Source of the DNA: Heterodontus francisci
Lineage: Eukaryota
Assembly: GCF_036365525.1 (NCBI RefSeq)
Contig: NC_090399.1
Span: 59,180,430-59,244,429 of the forward strand
Length of the DNA stretch: 64,000 nt
Direction: 5' to 3'
Position 1 is the first letter of the stretch, and the number at the start of each line of letters is the position of its first letter. The notes below the pieces were generated by a model. That model had not been told where the DNA came from and ran no database searches. It saw nothing but the letters and a program-made list of their open reading frames with translations. This document shows positions 1 to 12,589 of the stretch, in pieces. The translations under genes and the position numbers were made by a program.

Positions 1-500
1 TTTCTTTTGGGCCTCCTTATCTCGAGAGACAATGGATACGCGCCTGGAGGTGGTCAGTGGTTTGTGAAGCAGCGCCTGGAGTGGCTATAAAGGCCAATTC
101 TGGAGTGACAGGCTCTGCCACAGGTGCTGCAGAGAAATTTGTGCCCAGTTTCTACGCCAATTTATCTGGACTTATAACCCGTAACTGCTGCCTTCCGTGT
201 TGTTTCAGTCGCTGTGAGGCAACTATGGAGTGACCTCTCCATGGCGCATGCCTGGGCAAATTTATGGAGGTTGAGAGTTGCCCAGTCGTCAAAACCCCCC
301 TCTCGGCCTTTCTGGTGGGGTCCAAAGGAGTGCAGGACACGACGTTTGGCACCAGTATGGCTGCAGGAACTGCCGGAAACATGCCAAAGGTGACACATGA
401 CCGCCTACGGGGTTCCGCTCCGGCTTTTCTGTTAGGGTTTACTCCCTTAGCCTTGGTCTCTCCCGAGACGCCCACAAGGCAGTGGGGTTGTTGGGGCCCC
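1..500 (-). mobile_element. RTE-clade non-LTR retrotransposon, internally deleted
   Basis: Minus strand 140-54 reads KFLCSTCGRACHSRIGLYSHSRRCFTNH-stop, the RTE C-terminal zinc motif. Upstream sequence is not RT-coding and resembles a 5' UTR. Confidence 0.65.
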
Positions 501-529
501 TACACAGGTGTAGGATGGTGCCGGTGGGA

Positions 530-725
530 GGAGGGGATGCAAGGGGGAGGGGTAGAGGGAGGGGGTGGGGGGGGGGTGCAGGGGAAGGGGGTGCGGGGTG
601 AAGATGGTGCGGGGGGGGGCGGGCTGGGACGGGGTTGTGAGGGGGTGAGCTGAGAGGGTGGAGCAGGGAAGGTGGGGGGTGGGGGGGGTGGAAGGGGGGT
701 AAAGGGGGGGGGGGAGGGGGGTGGA
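530..725. repeat. G-rich low-complexity tract
   Basis: Multiple G runs of 5-14 nt. Confidence 0.8.
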
Positions 726-1004
726 ATCTGGTGCAGGTAATAAGCCAATTCCTCAGTGCCCACCATCGACGTCCGGAAAGCTCATCTACGTCCTTCGGGA
801 GGTGAAGCATCATTTGGCAGACTTAGAGGTGGTTACATTTGCTAAGGGTTTTTTTTTGCAGTGGTTTAAATAAAGGCATGCAGCATTGCCGACAGTGCGC
901 TGCAGATGCTCTCCGAGCCATCTCCCGCGGGCGCTTTGAAGTTGCGGCCGGGGGGATAGTATACCCATTGAATGCCATGTAGATAATCGTTCCTTTTGGG
1001 ATAA

Positions 1005-1570
1005 TGTACACTCTATGAAACATGTGAGTGAGAAAAGGATATGGATTGACTTTACTGGCTTAAAACAAATGTTGGAGAGAAATGAAATCTCTAAAATTAA
1101 ATGGGTAGCTGCAAGTCACCAACAATCTGAATTGTTTTACAAAAAGAAATGCTTGTACAAAGAACTTGTTAGGGGTCTTTGGGCCGAAGGGCCTGTTTCG
1201 GTGCTGTATCTCTCTCTCTCTCTCTTTGACTCTCCATGTCCTCGAGGAGGAGCATCTGGCAATATAACGCTCTGTACTGAATATGGAAATTGTTTCTGAT
1301 TTTCTTTTGAAATGTTATTTGTGCATATTAACTCTTAAGATTTATTTAAAAAGAAAGAAGGGAATCTGTTAATTGTATATCAATTGTGTTTATTTATATG
1401 CAGGTGAAGGGCATTAATTGGAGTTTTATTTTAGCACATATAAAGTGACACTTACTGAAACTGTGTGGTCAAGTTAGGAGGTATATGCTTGTAATGTTTC
1501 ACACTGTAAAGACTGAGTAAAGTTTGGGTCCCATATCATCCTTCATCAGTTGGTTTTCTGCAATAGAACA
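1005..1570 (+). mobile_element. Ty1/copia-like remnant: RNase H C-terminus, polypurine tract and probable 3' LTR
   Basis: ORF 1015-1299 KRIWIDFTGLKQMLERNEISKIKWVAASHQ resembles the end of copia RNase H (K-x-I-D-I...I-x-W-V-xxxx-Q-x-A-D). Purine run at ~1348-1364, then TGTT at 1367. A SINE tail interrupts at ~1182-1225. Confidence 0.55.
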
Positions 1571-1659
1571 AGAGAGACAGACACTGCATTAAGATTGTAC
1601 AGTAAGCACCAGTTATAAAGTTCCAGTTGAAGGCCATTGAAGGATCTGTTTTTTTTTAA

Positions 1660-4600
1660 ATTCATTCATGAGGTGTGACAGTCACTGGCAAGGCCACAGC
1701 ATTTATTTCCCATCCCTTATTGCCCATGAGAAGGTAGTAATGAGCTGCCTTCTTGAACCGCTGCTGCCCGTGTGGTGTAGGTACACCCACAGTGCTGTTA
1801 GGGAGGGAAACCAGGATTTTGTCCCAGCGACAGTGAAAGAACAGTGATATACTTTCAAGTCGCATGATGTGTGACTTGGAGGAGAATTTACAGGTGATGG
1901 TGTTCCCATATGTCTGCTGTCCTTGTCCTTGTAGGTGGTAAAGGTTGAGGATTTGGAGAATGCTGTTGAAGGAGGCTTGGTAAGTTGTTGCAATGGATCT
2001 TGTAGATGGTACACACTGCTACACTGTGCACTGGTGGTGGATGGGTGCAGATCAAGAGGTTGATTTTTCCTGGATGGTGTCGAGCTTCTTGAATGTTGTT
2101 GGAGCTGCACTCATCCAGGCAAGTGGAGAGTATTTCATCACACACCTGACTTAAGCTTTCCAAATATTGAGCAGAATTTGGGGAATTACTCACATCAGAA
2201 TTCCCAGATGCTGACCTGCTCTTGTAGGTACAGTATATAGCTGCTTCAGCTAATTTTCTGGTCAATGGTAAACCCCACTGCCTTCCTCCAAATGTTGAAC
2301 GTGGTATTTCAGTGACGGTAATGTTGTTGAATGTCAAAGGGAGATGGTTAGATTCTCTCTTGTTGGAGATGGTCATTGCCTGGCATTGTGTGGCATGAAT
2401 ATTACTTACCACTTATCAGCATAAGCCTGAAGGTTAAATGTTGTCCAGATCTTGCTACAGGTGGGCATGGACTGCTTCAGTATCTGAGGAGTGGCACACG
2501 GTACTGAACACTGTGCCATCCTCAGTGAATATGCAATATCCTTGGGAGAGATGATTGGCCTCCTAACCACAACCATCTTCCCTTTGTGCTGGGTATGATT
2601 CCAACCAGTGGAGAGTTTTCCCCCGATTCCCATTGACTTCCAATTTTGTGAGTGCTCCTTGATGTCATACTCGGTCAAAGGCTGCCTTGATGTCAAGGGC
2701 AGTCACTCTCACCTCACTTCTTGAATTCATCTCTTTTGTCCAAGTTTGATCCAAGCTGTAGTGAGGTCTGGAGCCGAGTGCCCTGGTGGAACCCAAACTG
2801 AGCATTGGTTAGCAGGTTGCTGCTGAGTAAGTGCCGCTTGACAGCGCTGTCGACAACACCTTCTCTCACTTTGCTGATGATTAGAGTAGACTGATGGGGC
2901 GGTAATTGTCTGGATTGAATTGGGCTGCTATATGTGGACAGGACACACCTGGGCAATGTTCCACATTGTCGAGTAGATGCCAGTGTTGTAGCTGTACTGG
3001 AACTGCTTGGCGAGGGGTGCAGCTAGTTCTGGAGCACGAATTTTCAGTACTACAACTTGGATGTTTTCAGGGCCCATAGCCTTTGCTGTATCCACAGTGC
3101 GCTGCTATTTCTCAGAGTCATAGAGTTAAACAGCACAGAAACAGGCCCTTTGGCCCACTGTGGTCTGCGCCGGCCATCAAGCCTATCTATTCTAATCCCA
3201 TTTTCCAGCACTTGGCCCGTAGCCTTGTATGCTATGGCATTTCAAGTGCACATCTAAATACTTCTTAAATGTTGTGAGGGTTCCTGCCTCTACCACCCCT
3301 TCAGGCAGTGTGTTCCAGATTCCAACCACCTGCTGGGTGAAATTTATTTTCCTCAAATCCCCTCTAAACCTCCTCCCCTTAAATCTATGCCCCCTGGTTA
3401 TTGACCCCTCTGCTAAGGGAAAAAGTTTCTTCCTATCTACCCAATCTATGCCCCTCATAATTTTGTATTCCTCTGTCAGATCTCCCGTCAGCCTTCTCTG
3501 CTCTAAGGAAAACAATCCTAGCCTATCCAGTCTCTCTTCATAGCTGAAATGCTCCAGCCCAGGCAATTTCCTCTGCACCCTCTGCAGTGCAATCACATCC
3601 TTCCTATAATGTGGCGACCAGAACTGTACACAGTACTCCAGCTGTGGCCTAACTAGCATTTTATACAGCTCCATCATAACCTCCCTGCTCTTATATTCTA
3701 TGCCTTGGCTAATAAATGCAAGTATCTCATATACCTTCCTCGCCACCTTATCTACCTATCTTGATATCATGTGGAGTGAAACTGGCTGAAGACTGGCATC
3801 TATGATGCTGGGGTCCTCAGTAGGAGGCCAAGATGGATCATGCACTCCACACATATGGCTGGAGATGGTTGAAAATATTTCAAACTTGTCTTTTGCACTG
3901 ACATCCTGGGCTCCCCCATCATTGAGGATGGGGTTGTTTGTGAAGCCTCCTCCTCCTGTTAGTTGTTTAATTGTTCTCCACCATTCCTGACTGGATGTGA
4001 CAGGACTGCAGAGCCTGGATCTGATTCGTTGGTTGTGGGATCGATTAGCTCTCTCTATCCCATGCTGCTTCTTCTGCTTATCATACATGTAGTCCTGTGT
4101 TGTAGCTTCACCAGGTTGGCACCTCATTTTTAGGTATGCCTGGTGCTGCTCCTGGCATGCTCTCCTGCACTCCTCATAGAACCAGGATAGGTCCTCTGGC
4201 TTGATGCTAATGGTAGAGTGGAGGATATGAAAGGCCATGAGGTTACAGATTGTGGTTGAATATAATTCTGCTGCTGCTGATGGCCCACAGTGTCTCATGG
4301 ATTCCCAGCTTTGAGCTGCCACACCTGTTTTGAATCTATCCCATTTATCATGGTGATAGTGCCATGCAACATGATGGAGGGTCTCCTCAGTGTGAAGATG
4401 GAACTTCATCTGCTCAAGAACTAGCCACTCCTACCAAGACTGACATGGGCAGTTGGTGAGGTAAAGTATGTTTTTCCCTCTTGTTGGTTCTCTCATCACC
4501 TGCTGCAGGCCCAGTCTGGCAGATATGCCCTTCAGGACTTGGGCAGCTTGGTCAGTAATGGTGCTGCCAAACTGCTGTTGGTGATGGACATTGAAGTCCC

Positions 4601-5280
4601 CTACCCAGAGTACATTCTGTACCCTTGCTGCCCTCAGTGCTTCTTCCAAGTGATGTTTATCATGGATGAGTGATTCAACAGCTGAGGGGGAGCTGTAGGT
4701 GGTATTCAGCAGGAGGTTTCCTTGTTTATTTTTGACCTGATGACATGAGACATCATGGGGTCTGGAGTCGATGTTGAGGACTTCCAGGACAACTACCTCC
4801 CAACTGTATACCACTGTGCTGCCACCAATGGTGGTTCTGTCCTGTCGGTGGGACAGGACATACCCAGGGATGGTGATGGAGGAGTCTAGGACATTGGCTG
4901 TAAGGTATGATTCTGTGAGTATGACTATGTCAGGCTCTTTTTTGACTGGTCTGTGGCGCAGCTCTCCCAATTTCGGCACAAGTCCCCAGATGTTAGCGAC
5001 GAGAGCTTTGCAGGGTCGACTGGGCAGGGTGGAGCCTTTGTTTTTTTCGCTGTCTAGGTCAATGCCGGGTGGTCTATCTATTTTTATTCTTTGACTTTTC
5101 TGTCATGGTTTGATACAATTGAGTGGCTTGCTAGGCCATTTCAGAGGGCAGTTAAGAGTCAACCAAATTACAGTCAGTCTGAAGTCACATGTAGGTCAGA
5201 TCAGGGAAGGACAGCAGTGAACCAGATGGGTTTTTATGACAATCTGGTAACTTGATGATTCCAATTTCTGAGACATACTT
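1660..5280 (-). mobile_element. Degenerate near-full-length LINE ORF2 (AP endonuclease + RT, CR1/L2-group)
   Basis: ORF 4431-4979 PDIVILTESYL...VGDFNVHH (APE); ORF 2714-2956 ISKV...QFGF (RT); many stops and frameshifts. Confidence 0.85.
3113..3755 (-). mobile_element. 5'-truncated CR1 LINE nested inside the older LINE
   Basis: ORF 3192-3746 LYKMLVRPQLEYCVQFWSP...LEQRRLTGDL...RGHRFK, plus a CR1 3' tail. Confidence 0.9.
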
Positions 5281-5629
5281 TTTATTTTATTTTATTTATG
5301 AAATAATTGAATTTAAACTGCACCAGCTTTAATTGAGGGATTTGAACTCATGCCTATGGAGTATTAGTCTGAGCTTCTGGATTAGTTGTCCAGTAACATT
5401 ACTACTATACTATTGATCCGTTGAGACAGAAGATGAGCCATGATCATAGTGAATGGTGGGGAAGGTTCGATGGGCCTTATCATCGACTCCTCCTATTTCT
5501 TCTGTGCTTAGAATCCTATTTTTACAACATATCTGCAAATGAGTCAGTAAAACAAATATGAATAAATTAATCCATGATAATCTTATTCAACATCAGGAAT
5601 AACAACTTTTTCCACATTACGTGACATTT

Positions 5630-6360
5630 AAAAGAATATAAGAAATAGGAGCAGCAGTAGACCATACGGTTCGTCAAGCCTGCTCCACTTTTCAATTTGA
5701 TCATGGCTGACCTTCTGCCTCAATTCCACTTTCCATCCCATTCCCCATATCCCTTGATTCCCTGAGTGACCTGTCTCTCTCAGCCTTAAATATATTCAAC
5801 GATGGAGCATCCACAACCCTCTGGGGTAGAGAATTCCAAAGATTCACAACGCTTGGAGTGAAGTAATTTCTCCTCATCTCATTCCTAAATGATCGGTCCT
5901 GTATCCTGACACTGTGCCCCCGGATTCTAGATTCCCTGATCAGTGGAAACAATCTCTCAGTATCTACCCTATCCAGCATCTTCAGAATGCTATATGTTTC
6001 AATGAGATCACCTCTCATTCTTCTAAACTCCAGAGAACATGAACCCAATTTACTCAGCCTCTTATCATAGGACAATTCTCTCATCCTAGGAACCAATCTA
6101 GTGAACCTTTAAAGTACAGCCTCCAATGCAAATAGATCTTTCCTTCAGTATAGTGATTGGAATTGCACAAAGCATTCCAGATGTGGTCTCACCAAAGCCC
6201 TGTACAATTGTGGCAAGATTTCCTTATTCCTGGACTCCAATTCCCTTGCATTTGCCTTCCTAATTGCTTGCTGTACCTACATGTTAACTTTCTATGAGTA
6301 CACCTAAGCACTGCTGAACACCAATGTTTGGAAGTTTCACACCTTTTAAAAAATAATCTG
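5630..6360 (-). mobile_element. CR1 LINE 3' fragment
   Basis: ORF 5701-6096 SLEFRRMRGDLIETY...RGHS...VVNLWNSLP. Confidence 0.88.
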
Positions 6361-6919
6361 CTTTTCTATTTTTTCACACTAGGTCACAACAGGATGCATC
6401 TGTCCTGAGCTCAGCATTTCAAGGCATCAACAGTTTAGCTAATATTTACATATCCTTTCACACCTTATGTGACAATTTGCATACTGCAATTTATTCTTAC
6501 ACATCTTGTTAAATACTTGTTATTAAAAATGGAGAAGAGAAAGTTTATCCCATGTATACTCTTCACCTTGAAGAGAAGGAATCCTATCCAACTCCTCACA
6601 TTTAGACAATTAGTTTTTAATTAATGCAGCCAATTTAAAACTCAAATATTTTGTCAAACATTTCATTAAGCATCACAAATAACATACATCATGATTATTA
6701 GTACAGTGATTACAATTCTCTGAGCACAAATTATAATCATAGACCAAATCCCTCTCCATGGGTGCTGACTGACATTATACCCTACTTTGCACCATTTATT
6801 ATTGCCTAACATTACTGTGCCCCTTTCCATGGTAGTTTATATGACAGTGACTACAAACATCAGTTATATTACAGCTTGGTGGCATAGTGACATTCAGACA
6901 CATTTTATCTGTCTCACTC

Positions 6920-7250
6920 TAGACAAGGACAAACTGTACCGATTAACTAATGGTACAAGGACTAGGGGACACAGATTGAAGGTTTTGGGCAAGAGAAGCG
7001 TGGGAATATGAGAAAGAACTTGTTCCACAGCGGGTGGTAAGGATCTGGAACTCGCTGCCCACAAGGGTGGTGGAAGTGGAGGCAATCAATGACTTCAAAA
7101 GGAAATTAGATGGCCAGTTGAAGGAAATATATCTTCAGGAGATTGAGTGGGGGAGTAGGACTGATTAGGGAGCTCCGTGGAGAACTGGCATGGACTTGAT
7201 GGGCCGAATGGCCTCCTTCTGTGCTGGATATGACTCTATGACTCTCCATA
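6920..7250 (+). mobile_element. CR1 3' fragment
   Basis: TRTRGHRLKV, WNSLP-type coding and the gggccgaatggcctccttctgtg tail. Confidence 0.8.
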
Positions 7251-7419
7251 CGATCTCTGTAGTAGTAGGTAGCCTCTCAAGGTAGGTAACCAGACCTAGA
7301 ACAATTAATACTCTAAGAAACACATTCCACCTGCCGGCAAGGTGTAGTATTTATTCCTTGACAGTTTTGAGCTGATTAATGTGATACTATTTGATATAAC
7401 TCAGACATTTCTTACTTAA

Positions 7420-8210
7420 AAACTGAACTATATACATGGCAGGACTGGCCTGATCAGTGATAGGGTATAGTCCTGCCGTTTTTGTTCTAACAAAATGGTC
7501 CTTTTTACCATAATTTAGGACCATTACAGAGTCTCCAATTTGATACTCAAATGGATGATCCTATTTGTCAAAGTACTTTTAGACCTGATTCTTGGATTCT
7601 CCCAAATTCCATGTTACGAATTGATTCGTCTGATCGATGTAATGGATCATCTGCTTCAACCACTCAGTGGTACAACTGCTTTAAAGCAAAGGACCTGCTG
7701 TGGGCACCAGTAGGTGTCCAGGCATACACATCAGACATCCTGTCATTACCCGATAGGGGTAAATTCATGTAGTACGACACTGTCTAGATCACATCACCAG
7801 TAAATACATTGGTAACATGCTCACCCATTGAAAGGGGTGATCTGCACAGAACTTTTTAAACATTGTTTGAAGTCCTATTCTCTCTTTCCACTACTCCAGA
7901 TCATTGAGGATGGTGACATATGGGCAATTTGTATTTAATCCTCATCAATTTCTGTCGTTCAGTCAAAACGTTTCCTGTAAGATGTGATCCTTGATCACTA
8001 GCTACCTGTATGTGCACTCCCCACCTGCAGATCACCTCAATCAATGGTATTTTAGCCTCAACAAAAGCACGATTATTATGGTAAGGAAAAGCCTCTGTCC
8101 ATTTGATCAACTTGTCTAATATAAGTAGCACATGTTACTGGTTAACTGGAGGAGTTGGCAATGAACTGATAACATCGAGCTGAAGGTGCATCCAGGGTCC
8201 TGCAGGAGGT
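7420..8210 (-). mobile_element. Decayed retroviral/LTR-element integrase
   Basis: GPWMHLQLD, then ORF 7901-8131 ILDKLIKWTEAFP...RWG...SDQGSH...HHPQ, an in-frame stop, then SGVVERENRT (D,D35E core). Confidence 0.85.
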
Positions 8211-9680
8211 CATAGAGTCATTACAACACAGATTGAAGCCATTTGGCCCATTGTGTCCATGCCAGCTCCCTATACAGAGTCAGTCCCATTCCCTCGCCCT
8301 ACCCCCGTAGGCCGGAAAGTTTCTTTCTCTCAAGTGTCGATCCAATTTCCTTTTGAAATCATTGATCGGCCCTGCTTCCATCACCCTCGTAGGCAGCGAG
8401 TTACAGGTCATTACCACTCGCTGCATATAAAAATTCTTCTTCATATTTCCCCTGCATCTTTTGTCCAAAACCTTAAATCTGTGTCCCCTCGTCCTTGCAC
8501 CATCAGCCAATGGGAACAGATTTTCTTTGTCTACCTTATCTAAATCTGACATAAATGTGTACCTCTCTGTTAAATCTCCCCTCAACTTCCTTTGCTCCAA
8601 GAAGAATAACCCCAGTTTCTCCAACCTAACCATGTAACTAAAATCCTGCAGCTGGAATTTTACACCCCCTGCAGGAGCGGGCTGGAGGTGGAGGAGGGAG
8701 GTTGTAAAACTGAGTGGGAGGTGGGGGGGTGCCGTTCCCGTCGCCTTCCAGCACTCGCTGCAGTTTCACGTGCGGTGGTGGCGGCAAGAAACGGCCCACC
8801 CGCCTCAGGCCAATTAAAGCCCTTAAGTAGCCAATTAACAGCCACTTCAGGGCCTCCTCCCATCACTGCCAGTCCATTACCAGCAGCATGTGGGCAGCTC
8901 AAGACCTTAAGAGGCCACTCGGCAAAACCTAGCAGCCACCACTGCAGCACATTCCTCCCCTCTGCCCCCACAACTGACTCCGCTTGCCTTGACAGGGCCC
9001 AGCCGATTGTCCCCGGTGAGGCCCCGCACACTTAGCTTCATTCTAAGGCCAGCATCCATGCTGCACCTCTCGCCGGGTGCAGTACCAGTCGTGCCACCGC
9101 TCCTGGTGGCACTGCTGGGACTGAGAGCTGACAGCCCGCTGATTGGCAGCTCCTGGAGGTTGGAGTTCCTGCCTCAGAGGGGTTGAACTCCTGCCCGAGG
9201 ACAATTAACGGCCAGGGGCCCGTAAAATCTCTGCATGGCTTCCAGGTGGGATGGAGGCGGGCTCGCCCCCGAATTCTTGGCCATTGGGTGGGGCCTCCAG
9301 CCCAACGTACGATTCCAGCCTGCATCCCTGGAACCATTCTGGTAAATCTCCTCTGCACCCTCTCAAAGACTCTCACAACCTTCCTAAAGTGTGATGTTCA
9401 GAACTGGATGCAATACTTTAGTTGTGGCCTAACCAGAGCTTCAAAATGGTAAAGCATAATTTCTATTCAATTATTTATCTATTTATGCAGTACAAGTTCC
9501 CACATGCTCTGCTAATTATTCTCTCAACATGTTCTGCCACCTTCAAAGGTCTACGCACATGAATACCCTGGTCCCTCTGTTCCTGCAAACTGTGTTGTTA
9601 AGTCTCTATTGCTTCTTCCTATTTCTTCTGCCAAAATGCAACATCTCACATTGCTCTGTAGTAAATTCCATCTGCTACTT
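8210..9680 (-). mobile_element. CR1 3' fragment split by a MITE
   Basis: ORF 8280-8633 (LEQRKLRGDL...RGHRFK) and the start of ORF 9038-9376 (ERVQRRFTRMVPG) are contiguous CR1 parts. Confidence 0.85.
8650..9320. mobile_element. GC-rich MITE (PIF/Harbinger-like)
   Basis: Termini agctggaattttac ... gtacgattccagcc are inverted; 3-bp TSD TGC at 8647-8649 and 9321-9323; no coding capacity. Confidence 0.7.
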
Positions 9681-10079
9681 GTACAGGAAAGTGCAGTTGG
9701 TGTTTGTAGGAGGATTGTACTGTGCTTACAGGTAATGTTACTTGTCTTATCTGGCTCCCATACAGTTTGAGCTATTTTCTGGACAGTTAATATCCACAAA
9801 GAAATGTGCTCCCAGGACGACTGTGAAACAGCTCAAAGAGCTCCTCCCCCACCCCTCTTCTCACATCATATCACATTCATTTCTCATCAGTTCATAACAG
9901 GATGCACCTGTCCTGAGCTTTGCATTTTGTCGGCTTTATATTTGACACATATCCTTTTGCACCTCGCATGACCATTTGCATACTGTAATTTATTTTTACA
10001 CACGTATTATTGCTGCATACTTGTAATTAAAAATCGAGAAGAGAAAGCTTATTCCGTGCCCTTACAGTGCCTCATCTCC

Positions 10080-10450
10080 AGGCCGATCCTCCAATGTCAT
10101 CCAACCATCTGTGCTCAGACTGTTTCAACTGGAACAAAGGAGACAAGAGGAGATTTCATTGAGGGATTTTCAAATGATGAAGGGTTTTGATCAAGTGAAT
10201 TGGGAAATACGATTTCCTCTGTTTTAGGGGCCATTGAAGAGGGGGCAATAATTTAAAATGCTCATTGAGTGAGGAGAGAAGATAGGAGACATTCCTTCTG
10301 AGTTGTTTGGAACATGGAATGCCCTACAAACAGGGAGTGGGTGATGGAAAGAGCTTTGCATCTTTTAAAGGGAAATTGGATCAATATTTGAAGGAGTGAA
10401 AGAGACTGGTTGGTCAGATTGCAGAGCTCACAGAGGCTGTCTATAGTGTG
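10080..10450 (+). mobile_element. Old CR1 3' fragment
   Basis: Degenerate LFQLEQRRQxGDFIE...WNALQ pattern. Confidence 0.6.
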
Positions 10451-12308
10451 TGAGTCAGAGTTTGGAGAGTAAGGTCACTGAGTCTGTCATCCCTACCACT
10501 TCCACCTTCGGGATTCTGACATTGATTTCTATTGTTAAATATATAAATTGACCCCGTCTCCCCTTGTGCTGGACCTCCACATCCAGACATCCTGTCCCCA
10601 CATCAGCATCAAGCAGCAAACCTGCTCCAGCTCCAGCTCCACTTCACCATTGCTTGGGGTTAATGACACTGAAACTGGTTAGTGCCAAGTCCATACAGTC
10701 ATCTCCCACTGATGTCAGCTGTGGGTTCACCTTGGGACTGAACAGGACAGGCTCAGGATGGGGAGGCTCCTGTTGTCTTGATGGTTCAGAGTGGGACAGG
10801 ATGCTTATGGCCACTCACCAACCTGTCCCTGATATCCCAGTCCACACCATCAGGTGAAGCCCTGTTAACAGCTTCTATTGAGACCTCCCAGGATGAAGAC
10901 AAATGGTCCTCTTTGGGCACCAGCGTCTCTGAGGTGTCTGTGCACAGACACAATGGGCTGAATGGCCTCCTTCTGTGCTGTAATTGTTCTGTGGGTCTAT
11001 GGTGCCAGAGTCAGGCTGGTTCACCCAGGCAGCACCAGCTACTGTCGGTGAGTCCATCACCCGAGGCATCTACCATCCCCTCTGGTGCCACTAACCCAGC
11101 CCTGGGACATTGGTCTCCAGTTGACACTGGCTCATTTGGGGACATCACCCTCTGAGGACTCAACTATGCTCAGGATCGTCGATGTTGTGGGTGATTTCCA
11201 CCTTGGTGAGGGCAGTCGCAGGTCTCTGTTAACTTTTTATAGATCAGTGCCTCCCCCACCATCACTGTGGAGCCACCTTCAACCTCTCCCTCTAACTGCT
11301 GAGGGACAGCCAGATTGCGAGGGCACCCTCTCCCAGGGAGGGTACATGTGTCTCAGTGCCACTTCCCCCAAGTGGCAGGGGTTCACATCTCGAAGGTTTA
11401 ACCAATGACTTGTATTCATCAGTTGATAGCTGCCTTGATCCCTGCTCCCAGGACTCCCTATCAACCTTCCCTGTCGGCTCAGCCTGTGGAAGCTTCCTGG
11501 AATTGGGAGCCAGAGTCGGAACACAACCAGCATCTGCTGAGGCCTTTTCATGAGAGAGAGAGAGAGTCAGAGACCAGGAGCAGGTTGGTATCTGCCATCC
11601 CACACTGCTGCCACAGAGGGATTGGGCCAGTAGTTAACAGGGACGTCTCCAAAGGCCATTCCTAATTTACTGCTGGGTTGGAGAGAGCTCTTGGTTGTGG
11701 CTTTCTGTTCCTTCAAGGAATATTATACCTACATTCCCTCCGTTCAGGGGTAGTGCCAGGAGCCAGTGGACAGTCAGTTCCTCAGGGAGCCAGTAATTGT
11801 CCAGTCTTTGGTTGGCAGGGTAAGTGAGAACACTGTCCGGTCAATGCAAATACAGGCAAACGGCAGACTGTGGTAGTGGGGCTAAGCTGCTCGTGATGGA
11901 GGTGGAATGAAAGGCTGGTCTGTCCAAAGACACAGGGAACTGTCTCAAACTGTTCATAGTGTAACCAGTCCACTGGCCTACTCTAGATAGTAGAGCAGGA
12001 GGGACAGGCAAGATTTCCCTGAGAGGCAGCAGAGAGGGAAGGAGGGTAATGGGAAAGCAGTAACTGAGCTCTGGATAGACATGGAACTTTCATCCAGGTA
12101 GGATGGTGAAGGCCAGTGAGAATTACTGGCTGCTCTGGGAATTCCCTGTCTAGTATTGTACTGGTCATGGGGCAGGGGGAAGGGATGGTCAGGGTGATGG
12201 TTTCAAAGTCAACCCTGATCAAATGATTCTTAGTGATCCTGGTTCTTTGTGTCAGGGTCTGGGACTGGACAGAGTGAACACACAGATACAGTTTGTGGAA
12301 CAAGTGTT

Positions 12309-12314
12309 TTTATT
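12309..12314 (-). terminator. Polyadenylation signal AATAAA (possible alternative ATTAAA at ~12463-12458)
   Basis: Plus-strand tttatt; GU-rich tract about 20-40 nt downstream on the minus strand. Confidence 0.55.
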
Positions 12315-12589
12315 ATTCAATAGGTACAAATGTAAACTTTAATCCAGTACGTAGAGTGGTACAGAGTGCAATCCCAAACATTTTACATTCCCCACCCTCG
12401 GCTCACACAACAGGCCAGTGACAGACTGAGTTTAGGGAAGTGAAGCTGTTCATTTCATTTAATAAACCACATTCCCGGGAAACACAGGATCCAACCTCAG
12501 GCACCAATGAAGACGGACAGTTAAAAAACAGAAACTTAAACTGATCAGAGAATTAAAACGTCGAACCTCCCAGAGGGAAGAGATAGAAA

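Noticed and set aside
439-813. Proline-rich and glycine-rich ORFs
   Set aside because: Translations of a poly-G tract.
6560-6920. Possible env gene downstream of the integrase
   Set aside because: No recognisable furin site, CX6CC or TM motif on the minus strand.
10560-12250. Unique-looking GC-moderate region with many short ORFs
   Set aside because: No recognisable protein motif or consistent exon chain; left unassigned.
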